Origin: an uncultured Candidatus Saccharibacteria bacterium
GTDB taxonomy: Bacteria > Patescibacteriota > Saccharimonadia > Saccharimonadales > UBA10212
Assembly (NCBI GenBank): GCA_964400155.1
Contig: CAYNSQ010000001.1
Location: 31,938 to 95,937, forward strand
Length of the DNA: 64,000 nt
Direction of reading: 5' to 3'
In this document: positions 18,810-26,729 of the stretch, piece by piece
How positions within the stretch are numbered: position 1 is the first letter of the stretch
Layout of the letters: each line of letters starts with the position of its first letter
The notes under the pieces: generated by a model
Told to the model about the DNA's origin: nothing
Databases searched by the model: none
Seen by the model: the letters and a program-made list of their open reading frames with translations, nothing else
Made by a program: the position numbers and the translations under genes

Positions 18810-20029
18810 ACCATCGCTCCTGCTAAATGGGCGTTGTATACTCCCATAGTTTTCCTGGCAGAAGTATCCCAGCTAAAGTTTTTAAGTTCGGTATAACCAT
18901 TGTCTCGTAATGATGCCGACAGGGCATCATTCCTTAAAAGTCCGACTATTTTGTTAGCCATTTCCAAAGTATCCCAAAAGTCAACCTTTAGGCAGGTGCT
19001 AAGCACTTCCGCAACGCCTGATTGTTTGCTTATTAAAACGGGTGTGCCATAACCAATAGATTCCAGTGGTGTAAGACCAAATGGTTCTGATACCGAGGGC
19101 ATTACAAACAAATCGGCAATTTTGTAGGTATCTCGCCATGCTTGACCTCGCAAAAACCCAGTAAAAATAACTCTATCTGCGATTCCCAGCTGTGCTGATT
19201 GCATAATTAACTCGTCTCGTTGTTCTCCATTTCCCACAAATAAGAAAAATGTTTTTGGTTCATGCTTGACCACCTGAGCAGCTGACTCAAGTAAATTAGG
19301 TAGTCCTTTTTGAATTGTAAGTCGGCCAACATTAGCGACAACTTTCCAGCCGCTGTTTTTCATGAGAGATAAGTACTCATAACAATTTGATAAAGAACCT
19401 GATTGGTTATCATCAAATTCAATACTGTTATGAATTACTTCAATTTTATCTGCAGGAATACCATAGTCTGTAACTATCATTCTCTTTACACGGTCACTAA
19501 CAGCAATGATTTTGTCGGCTATATGTAGTCCTAAATATTCAATTTCTCTAACTAATGGGTTACCTTGTGCGCCGGCGGCGCGGTCGCGTTCGATTGAATG
19601 GATATGAACTATCAGCGGTAGACCTGTAACTTCTTTGGCTCGGACTGCCGCCCTAAAAGTTAACCAGTCATGGGCGTGGATAATATTAAATTCTCCGAGT
19701 TTAGCAATTGTTTCTACAGTACGCTCATAGCCAGACTGGACATGACTTAAACTAACAGCCATGGGTTGATCTTTACCTACAAAATACATAAAACTGTCGT
19801 ATGCTCCAAAACCTGTTTTCAAATATTCTGAGACATCACTTTCTTCATTGACTTGGATAGAGGATGTAACTTTCATAAAACCAAAATTCGGACTTGTGTG
19901 AAATGGAATAACAAATTCAATATCTGCGCCGCTAAAAGACAGCGCTTTACACAAACTTAAACAGGCCACACCTAAACCGCCACTGTTGTGCGGTGGCAAT
20001 TCCCAGCCCAACATTAACACTTTTACCAC
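18806..20029 (-). CDS. glgA: glycogen/alpha-glucan synthase-like glycosyltransferase (GT4/GT5, archaeal-type GlgA)
   Basis: N-terminal LMLGWELPPHNSGGLGVA (compare KTGGLGDV) and C-terminal SVSEPFGLTPLESIGYGTPVLISKQSGVAEVL (GT-B EX7E region). 4-nt overlap with the GH57 gene. Confidence 0.65.
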   Translation of the reverse strand: MVKVLMLGWELPPHNSGGLGVACLSLCKALSFSGADIEFVIPFHTSPNFGFMKVTSSIQVNEESDVSEYLKTGFGAYDSFMYFVGKDQPMAVSLSHVQSGYERTVETIAKLGEFNIIHAHDWLTFRAAVRAKEVTGLPLIVHIHSIERDRAAGAQGNPLVREIEYLGLHIADKIIAVSDRVKRMIVTDYGIPADKIEVIHNSIEFDDNQSGSLSNCYEYLSLMKNSGWKVVANVGRLTIQKGLPNLLESAAQVVKHEPKTFFLFVGNGEQRDELIMQSAQLGIADRVIFTGFLRGQAWRDTYKIADLFVMPSVSEPFGLTPLESIGYGTPVLISKQSGVAEVLSTCLKVDFWDTLEMANKIVGLLRNDALSASLRDNGYTELKNFSWDTSARKTMGVYNAHLAGAMV

Positions 20030-20164
20030 TTCTTTTTGTTACCCTCCGTGCTCATGGAGCCTTAATCACCTTTTATTATGATTGAAGAACACTTCAAACA
20101 CAACCGTTTTGCGCATGGTTTTAAAAGTGTTTTTATGGTATTTTTAGAAGAATTGGTTGTTTTT

Positions 20165-20241
20165 AGGGGAGTAGCTCAGTTGGCTAGAGCATCGGTCTCC
20201 AAAACCGAGGGTCGCAGGTTCGAGTCCTGTCTCCCCTGCCA
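20165..20241 (+). tRNA. tRNA-Trp (anticodon CCA)
   Basis: Acceptor AGGGGAG/CTCCCCT, anticodon stem TCGGT/ACCGA with loop CTCCAAA, T-arm GCAGG-TTCGAGT-CCTGT, discriminator G plus CCA. Confidence 0.85.
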
Positions 20242-20300
20242 AGATACTTTTGTTTAAAGAATGTTTGAAACTTTATTTTAATTATGGAACAAATAAATAA

Positions 20301-20603
20301 ATGTCAGAATTTGTAACTCCTAACTATACACACGACACAGCTAAAGTGGAGGCAATAGTTAAAGAAGGTGACGCACTATTCATCGCGTTAATGGGAGCAA
20401 TTAAAGCAATTGATAAATGGGAGAGAGAAACATTAAACCCATTTGTTGTAGGCACCGGTTTAGAAGATTTTGCATGGGGTGAGCCTCAACCTGAAGGAAC
20501 TGAACTCATCCTGCGAATGTATAGAGAAGGGCCGTCAGCCGATGACGATCTTAAGGGAATACTTTCAACTTTAGAAGAAATGTATCCTGATCACGCAGAC
20601 TAA
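20301..20603 (+). CDS. small acidic hypothetical protein (100 aa)
   Basis: ORF with a nearby RBS. Highly acidic C-terminus (SADDDLKGILSTLEEMYPDHAD). No assignable family. Confidence 0.45.
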   Translation: MSEFVTPNYTHDTAKVEAIVKEGDALFIALMGAIKAIDKWERETLNPFVVGTGLEDFAWGEPQPEGTELILRMYREGPSADDDLKGILSTLEEMYPDHAD

Positions 20604-20797
20604 AAATTCGAAACTCGTCAACTAAGCCCTGACAGAAGGTCTAAACAACTTAAGATTTATCCATAACAGTTTAAAATTTTAATAATAGTAGAATTTGTTA
20701 AAAATTTAAAATCAAAAAACTATAGTGTAAAGACTATTTTTTAATTAGCTTTAACACTTTTATACCACTGACTTGAGATGGTAGAATAATTAACACT

Positions 20798-21457
20798 ATG
20801 AGTAAGTTGCAACTTGCAAAGCCAGTTTTAATCGGTTTTTATGGCTATCCCGGTTCTGGAAAGAGCTACTTGGCTCGCAATTTATCTGAAAGTATGGGTC
20901 TGGCGCACGTTAGCGCAGACAGGATTCGAAACGAACTTTTTGAAAAACCACGTTTTGATGAACAAGAAAATGCGATTGTAGACAACCTGATGCGTTACAT
21001 GAGCGAACAATTTCTCAGTGCAGGAGTGGGAGTTGCTTATGACGCTAATTTATCTCGCTCTAGCCAAAGAAAAGCAATAAAAGAGCTTGCAATTCGAAAT
21101 AAAGCCGATTTTTACTTGGTTTGGCTACAGATTGATGAAGAAAGTGCATTTGCTCGCACCCAGAACCGAGACCGTCGAACACTTGATGATAAATTTGCCA
21201 AACCACAAACTCGAGAAACTTTTGACAATCAAACTTCTGTAATGCAAAACCCGACAAGTGATGAAAGTTTGGTAGTTAGTGGCAAACATACCTTCATAAC
21301 TCAAAAAAGTGCAATTGTTAGTCGATTATTCCAAGACGGATTAGTAACAAATGATGACGCCAGAAATCATATGGCAAAACCAGGACTAGTAAATCTAGTA
21401 CCAAACCTTCATGCCGGTCGAGTTGATTATACTCGACGCAGTATTAACGTTGGTTAA
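20798..21457 (+). CDS. P-loop kinase of the AAA_33/zeta-toxin-like fold
   Basis: Walker A at the extreme N-terminus (LIGFYGYPGSGKSYLARNL). Followed by ...HVSADRIRNELF... and a Walker B-like DANLSRS. 219 aa. Confidence 0.6.
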   Translation: MSKLQLAKPVLIGFYGYPGSGKSYLARNLSESMGLAHVSADRIRNELFEKPRFDEQENAIVDNLMRYMSEQFLSAGVGVAYDANLSRSSQRKAIKELAIRNKADFYLVWLQIDEESAFARTQNRDRRTLDDKFAKPQTRETFDNQTSVMQNPTSDESLVVSGKHTFITQKSAIVSRLFQDGLVTNDDARNHMAKPGLVNLVPNLHAGRVDYTRRSINVG

Positions 21458-21475
21458 TCATTTACAATATTTATT

Positions 21476-22183
21476 ATGGCGCAAAAAAGTGTTTTTGTTG
21501 ACGGTGTTGGGGAAGTTATACTGCAAAAACGTCGAGGAACAAAAAATCTAAGAATATCTATAGGTGCTAGCGGACAAGTTAAGGTAGGTATGCCGTCATG
21601 GGTTCCTTACGCAACTGGCGTAGCATTTGCTAAGCAAAAAAAAGAATGGATCAGTCTGCATCAAGAAAAAAGGCCAAAACATTTGCTGATGCCTGGCCAG
21701 CGAATTGGTAAAAGCCACAGAATATTTCATTTTTTAGCAGATGGACAAACAACTGTGAGATTAGTAAAAAACCAGATACAGATTAGAACAAACAGTCCAA
21801 TAGAGACTTCAATCATACAAGAAAAATTAACAAAGACAGCTGAGAAAGCACTAAAAAAAGAAGCGCAAGAATTGTTACCTAACAGACTCAGCCAATTGGC
21901 AACTTTGCATAGATATAACTATGAAGAAGTTGTTATAAAAAAACTTACTTCTCGTTGGGGAAGTTGTTCGGTACAGGGTAAAATCACCCTGAGTTACTAT
22001 CTTATGCAACTACCTTGGCCTTTAATTGACTACGTCATACTACACGAACTTGCTCACACAAATCATCTCAACCATAGCTCAAAGTTCTGGCAAGAAGTTA
22101 GCACTACTTGTAGTCAATACAAAACACTTCGCAAAGAAATAAAAAAATACTCACCGGTCGTGATGCCGCAATCTGTGGCATAA
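21476..22183 (+). CDS. DUF45/YgjP-like (WLM/M48-like) metal-dependent hydrolase
   Basis: C-terminal HExxH zinc motif in context (LIDYVILHELAHTNHLNHSSKFW). Preceded by SRWGSCS, typical of the DUF45 family. Confidence 0.65.
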   Translation: MAQKSVFVDGVGEVILQKRRGTKNLRISIGASGQVKVGMPSWVPYATGVAFAKQKKEWISLHQEKRPKHLLMPGQRIGKSHRIFHFLADGQTTVRLVKNQIQIRTNSPIETSIIQEKLTKTAEKALKKEAQELLPNRLSQLATLHRYNYEEVVIKKLTSRWGSCSVQGKITLSYYLMQLPWPLIDYVILHELAHTNHLNHSSKFWQEVSTTCSQYKTLRKEIKKYSPVVMPQSVA

Positions 22184-22191
22184 TAAAGATA

Positions 22192-23319
22192 ATGATTATG
22201 GTGGGTGACAAATTACCTCAAGAACAATCTGACAAATTAAGTGTCGAGCATCAAAGACTAATATCTATCATCAATAGTATGAGTGATGGGGTTATTGCTG
22301 TTGATGAGAATAAAGTAGTGATTAATAGTAACTCCATAGCTTTAGATCTGTTAGATGTTAACGTTTTGAACGGATTGCAGGTGGCTGACTGTCTACGTCT
22401 AGTTGATGCAAACAACAACCCAATAGATATATCAAATAAACTTAATGAAATTGATAAGGAATTTACCACAAAAGAATGGTTGATTACCTACCAAGACAAA
22501 TCTCAAGCAAATCTATATGTAAGTATAAGTCGAGTCCGAAGTGGATATGGAGGTGTATTAGCCGGTTGGGTAATTATTCTTAGAGATATTACACTAGAAC
22601 GCTCAGTTGAAGAAGAAAGGGACGATTTCATTAGTGTGGCATCGCACGAACTTAGAACACCAATTGCAATCACTGAAGGCAATATCAGTAATGCCTTACT
22701 AGCTGCAGAAAATTCATCCGTAGATTTGGCTATAAAAAATAGCTTAAAAGCGGCTCATGACCAAGTAGTATTCCTCAGTAGTTTGTTAAATGATCTATCA
22801 ATGTTATCTCGTGCTAATAGGGGTAACTTAGCTATGAATATAGTGGAAGTTGATATAACTGAATTTGTTAAAACACTTGCAACAGACTACAGGCCACAAG
22901 CAGAAGCAAAAGGGCTAACTTTGAGTGCTGAAATTAGAGAAGATATTGGCAAAGTAGCCACATCAGAGCTGTACCTAAGAGAAATAATCCAAAATTTTAT
23001 TACCAATTCAATTAAATACACAGAAAAGGGTAATATAAGTATTTCAGTCGAAGCTAAAGCTGAAAACGTAGTGTTTAAAGTAGTAGATACCGGTATTGGA
23101 ATTAGTAAAAGTGACCAAAACAAACTTTTTAAAAAGTTCTTTAGGAGTGATGATTTTAGAGTTAAAAAAGCTTCAGGCACAGGACTGGGTTTATATGTCA
23201 CAGCAAAACTAATCAAACTTATTGGAGCAAAGCTATCAATAGAAAGCCAATTAGACCACGGTACAGAAATAATTTTGAGTATACCAAGAGCAATTCCCAA
23301 CCAATCTATAAAAAGCTGA
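22192..23319 (+). CDS. cytoplasmic PAS-domain sensor histidine kinase (orphan; no adjacent response regulator)
   Basis: N-terminal PAS-like region (LISIINSMSDGVIAVDE). HisKA H-box (FISVASHELRTPIAITEGN). HATPase_c N/G boxes (NFITNSIKYT; DTGIGIS; GTGLGL). No TM segments. Confidence 0.8.
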   Translation: MIMVGDKLPQEQSDKLSVEHQRLISIINSMSDGVIAVDENKVVINSNSIALDLLDVNVLNGLQVADCLRLVDANNNPIDISNKLNEIDKEFTTKEWLITYQDKSQANLYVSISRVRSGYGGVLAGWVIILRDITLERSVEEERDDFISVASHELRTPIAITEGNISNALLAAENSSVDLAIKNSLKAAHDQVVFLSSLLNDLSMLSRANRGNLAMNIVEVDITEFVKTLATDYRPQAEAKGLTLSAEIREDIGKVATSELYLREIIQNFITNSIKYTEKGNISISVEAKAENVVFKVVDTGIGISKSDQNKLFKKFFRSDDFRVKKASGTGLGLYVTAKLIKLIGAKLSIESQLDHGTEIILSIPRAIPNQSIKS

Positions 23320-23327
23320 AATTATCA

Positions 23328-23356
23328 TTGCAAATATAGCACTTAAGGTGTAGTAT
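23328..23356 (+). promoter_or_regulatory. putative sigma70 promoter for secE-nusG-rplKA (TTGCAA, 17 nt spacer, TAGTAT)
   Basis: TTGCAA 23328-23333, 17-nt spacer, TAGTAT 23351-23356, ~60 nt upstream of secE. Confidence 0.4.
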
Positions 23357-23415
23357 TGACATATCAGCCCACCATGTAAGGTAGGCTTTTTTAGTGGGAA
23401 AATAGGAGTAATAAA

Positions 23416-23850
23416 TTGAGCGCTGCAACAGTTAAGAAAAAGGTACGTATCAGAAAAGCACCGCAAACAATGCGTGAGAAAACGGTTAGCGCAAGCACTA
23501 TCAAATCCCAATCACACACTAAAAGGGTAGCCGGCAAAGCAAAAAGCGCTGTTAAATCAGGTACAAAACCACTAAAGAAAGTATATTCAAAGAAACCTAG
23601 TTTGCCTCAAAACAAACTAACTTTGGCTATAGGCAAAATTTTTAGTCCAGTTAAAAAAGTACTTAAAAAACTTGCACCTACGTACTTTGTACACGCTTGG
23701 CGAGAAGTTAAGCTTGTGACCTGGCCGTCACGTCGTGAAACATGGAGGCTAACACTGGCAGTTTTTATTTTTTCAATAGTCTTTGGGGCAGCAGCTTACG
23801 CAGTTGATTCATTACTGGATAAAATATTTAGAACATTTGTATTGAAATAA
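23416..23850 (+). CDS. secE: preprotein translocase subunit SecE with ~85-aa Lys-rich N-terminal extension
   Basis: C-terminal REVKLVTWPSRRETWRLTLAVFIFSIVFGAAAYAVDSLLDKI is the SecE core TM. It lies upstream of nusG. Confidence 0.8.
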   Translation: MSAATVKKKVRIRKAPQTMREKTVSASTIKSQSHTKRVAGKAKSAVKSGTKPLKKVYSKKPSLPQNKLTLAIGKIFSPVKKVLKKLAPTYFVHAWREVKLVTWPSRRETWRLTLAVFIFSIVFGAAAYAVDSLLDKIFRTFVLK

Positions 23851-23867
23851 GTTTAAGGAAATCATAA

Positions 23868-24410
23868 ATGACTAAGAGATACGATTCAACAAAGCAGTGG
23901 TACGCAATTCACACTTATAGTGGTTACGAGGAAAAAGTAGCCGAAAGTATTCGGCAACGTTCCGAGTCTCTTGATATGGGAGACAAGATATTCCAAGTAC
24001 TGGTTCCTAAAGAAAAAATGATTGAGATTAAAAACGGAAAACGTAAAGTTGTTGAAAAACGGATTTTTCAGGGTTACGTATTGGTAGAAATGAAACTTTC
24101 CGAGGATGCTTGGTATATAGTACGCAATACCCCAAATGTTACCGGCTTTGTAGGTACCGGTGCTGAGCCTACACCTGTTGAGGCTGAAGAAATTGCTAAA
24201 ATTTTGAAGCGCATGGGCAGAGAAGAGCCAAAACACAAGTTTGACTACCGAGTTGGCGAAGTAGTTAATATTATTGATGGTCCATTTAAAGGATTTGACG
24301 GAGCAATCAATGAGATTGATGCACAAAAAGGTAAATTGAAAGTATTAGTAAACATGTTTGGTCGCGAAACTCCGGTGGAACTTGACGGCCTACAAGTTAA
24401 GAGAGTCTAG
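23868..24410 (+). CDS. nusG: transcription termination/antitermination factor NusG
   Basis: NGN domain (WYAIHTYSGYEEKVAESI) and C-terminal KOW (GEVVNIIDGPFKGFDGAINEID). Confidence 0.9.
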   Translation: MTKRYDSTKQWYAIHTYSGYEEKVAESIRQRSESLDMGDKIFQVLVPKEKMIEIKNGKRKVVEKRIFQGYVLVEMKLSEDAWYIVRNTPNVTGFVGTGAEPTPVEAEEIAKILKRMGREEPKHKFDYRVGEVVNIIDGPFKGFDGAINEIDAQKGKLKVLVNMFGRETPVELDGLQVKRV

Positions 24411-24419
24411 GAGATAATT

Positions 24420-24848
24420 ATGGCTAAGAAAGTAACAGCAACATTAAAAATGAAAATTAAAGGCGGTCAAGCGAGTGCAGCCCCGCCGGTTGGATCAACA
24501 CTTGGGCAGTACGGTGTAAACATGATGGACTTTATAACGCCCTTCAACGAGCAAACTAAAGACATTATGGGGCAGTCAGTCACAGTACATATAAGTATCT
24601 ACGATGATCGTAGTATGAGCTGGCGGGTAGTAGGTACCCCTACTGATGAATTGATATTATCAGCGCTAAAGGTTGACAAAGGATCAGGCGAGCCTAACAA
24701 GACCAAACTAACTAAAAAGTTATCTCAAGCTCAATTAACTGAGATAGCCGAGACCAAAGCCGAAGATATGAACGCAAAGGACATTGAATCTATTAAAAAA
24801 ATGGTAGCTGGCACAGCCCGTAGTATGGGCGTAGAGGTTGAAGTATAA
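24420..24848 (+). CDS. rplK: ribosomal protein L11
   Basis: MAKKVTATLKMKIKGGQASAAPPVGSTLGQYGVNMMDFITPFNEQT is canonical L11. Confidence 0.93.
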   Translation: MAKKVTATLKMKIKGGQASAAPPVGSTLGQYGVNMMDFITPFNEQTKDIMGQSVTVHISIYDDRSMSWRVVGTPTDELILSALKVDKGSGEPNKTKLTKKLSQAQLTEIAETKAEDMNAKDIESIKKMVAGTARSMGVEVEV

Positions 24849-24920
24849 TACTTAACAAGTAAAGTAATTGCTGTGGGAGGCTGAATAACAGTAAGTCGCT
24901 ATCACCACAAAGGAGTAAAT

Positions 24921-25919
24921 ATGGCAGAAGCCAAGAAGACAACTAAAAAATCAGCAACCAGCAAAGCTGAAGTAAAAAAAGCCGAAAAACTGGCATCAGA
25001 GAAAACTACCAAAAAAATCAAAGAATTAGTTGAAACAGAAACTATTGCCGAAGCAATAGTAGAAGCTGAAAAACAAATCGAGCAAGAAGCTAACGAACAG
25101 AAGCCGCTTGCCAAAGCAGGTAAACGCAGCGCTAAGGCCGTAGCAGAAAAAAAAGCTGAATCAGCTAAGCAAGAACGTAAAAAAACGACCAAGGAAACTT
25201 CTGAAGTAAAACCAGCTCAAAAACCACCTCGCAGTAAATCCGAACGAGCTAGTAAAAAGTACCGAAATGCACATAAGTTGATTGAACCAAACAAAATATA
25301 TACTTTGCTCGAAGCACTAGAGCTTGCTACTAAGACTTCAACTACTAAATTTGACTCATCTGTAGAGTTACATATTAGGCTTGGAGTTGATCCTAAGCAG
25401 GCAGATCAGAATATTCGTGGAAACGTAGTGCTTCCAGCCGGTAGCGGTAAAACTAGTCGGATTGCTGTTATTTGTGATGTTGATGATGAAAAAGCAGCTT
25501 CATCAGCTGGTGCAGATATTGTTGGAGCTGAGAAAGTATTCTCCATGCTAGATAAAGAAATTTTTGAGTTTGATCTGCTGATAGCCTCTCCATCACATAT
25601 GTCAAAACTTGGTAAATATGCTAAAACTTTAGGTCCACGAGGACTAATGCCGAGTCCAAAAGCCGGAACAGTTAATGCAGATGTTGCAAAAGCCGTAGCT
25701 GAAGCAAAAGCAGGAAAAGTTGAGTACAGGGTGGACGCTAGCGGAATAATTCATCTTGCAATAGGCAAAGTTAGTTTTGGAGCTGCAAAGTTAGCTCAGA
25801 ACGCTGAAACCGTACTTGGGGCAGTTAAAGCTGCAAAACCTGCAAGTGCTAAGGGTATATATGTGATTTCAGTATTTGTAACAACTACAATGGGTCCATC
25901 GATCAGGGTAACTGTTTAA
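24921..25919 (+). CDS. rplA: ribosomal protein L1 with ~100-aa Lys/Ala/Glu-rich N-terminal extension
   Basis: C-terminal 230 aa match L1 (YTLLEALELATKTSTTKFDSSVELHIRLGVDPKQADQNIRGNVVLPAGSGK...). The N-terminal 100 aa are low-complexity basic/acidic. Confidence 0.88.
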   Translation: MAEAKKTTKKSATSKAEVKKAEKLASEKTTKKIKELVETETIAEAIVEAEKQIEQEANEQKPLAKAGKRSAKAVAEKKAESAKQERKKTTKETSEVKPAQKPPRSKSERASKKYRNAHKLIEPNKIYTLLEALELATKTSTTKFDSSVELHIRLGVDPKQADQNIRGNVVLPAGSGKTSRIAVICDVDDEKAASSAGADIVGAEKVFSMLDKEIFEFDLLIASPSHMSKLGKYAKTLGPRGLMPSPKAGTVNADVAKAVAEAKAGKVEYRVDASGIIHLAIGKVSFGAAKLAQNAETVLGAVKAAKPASAKGIYVISVFVTTTMGPSIRVTV

Positions 25920-25988
25920 ACTATAAAAAAGCACAACAAATATTAACTTGTGTAGTTCCAAGGCATGAGGCTAAACTAGAAGGAGCCT

Positions 25989-26702
25989 ATGGGAGTATAC
26001 TCAAACCTTGAATTAATAGACGCTCTAAAAAGTGGACATATCGTATGTGAGCCATTTCAAAAAAAGCATGTATCTCATGCCAGTCTTGACGTAACTTTAG
26101 GCCAATACTACTACCGAACGGAACGCTCAGACGAACACCCTGTCTACAACCCATTTTCAGAAAATGATGTAAGACGATATTTTGAAGGTGCGTTGCAAGC
26201 AGTTCCTCATAAAAAATGGTGCGAGCAAAATGGACTAGTGTTATTAGAAGGAATTCCAAGCAACCACCCCGTAATTCCGATTCGTCCCGGAGAGAGAATA
26301 CTGGCGCACACCCACGAATTTTTTGGTATAAAACCACCCGGAGCCTGCGAAGTTAAATCGCGGAGTAGCTGGGGACGCAATGGAGTTGCTGTTTGTTTCG
26401 ACGCAGGTTGGATTGACCCTGGTTATATCAACCGTTTGACTTTAGAGATATACAACTTAAATCAAAAAGAAACTATCCTATTACCTGTAGGCGAAAGGAT
26501 AGCTCAAATTGTATTTCATCACACTGGAGAAGTTGATGGTAACTACGGTCATGGACGTGATGGTGGATTTTCCGGTAAGTACCAGTCTGGATCTGATTTA
26601 CCAACTTTAATTAAAACTTGGAAACCGGAAATGATGTTGCCAAAGGCTTACAAGGACAGCAGGTCACTACCAAAACATATAAAAGGACTCAAAGGTAAAT
26701 AA
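25989..26702 (+). CDS. dcd: dCTP deaminase family protein (Dcd/dUTPase-fold)
   Basis: Dcd architecture: ASLDVTLG ... CEVKSRSSWGRNGVAVCFDAGWIDPGYINRLTLEIYNLNQKETILLPVGERIAQIVFHH. This parallels E. coli Dcd GRSSLARLGL...DPGWSGCIVLEFYN. RBS AAGGAG. Confidence 0.75.
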   Translation: MGVYSNLELIDALKSGHIVCEPFQKKHVSHASLDVTLGQYYYRTERSDEHPVYNPFSENDVRRYFEGALQAVPHKKWCEQNGLVLLEGIPSNHPVIPIRPGERILAHTHEFFGIKPPGACEVKSRSSWGRNGVAVCFDAGWIDPGYINRLTLEIYNLNQKETILLPVGERIAQIVFHHTGEVDGNYGHGRDGGFSGKYQSGSDLPTLIKTWKPEMMLPKAYKDSRSLPKHIKGLKGK

Positions 26703-26729
26703 GTTGCGGGTGGATATGAAAGAGGTTAT

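Noticed and set aside
20030-20164. Promoter calls for tRNA-Trp and the divergent glycogen operon
   Set aside because: The AT-rich region has several near-consensus hexamers but none with convincing -35/-10 spacing. It was not annotated.
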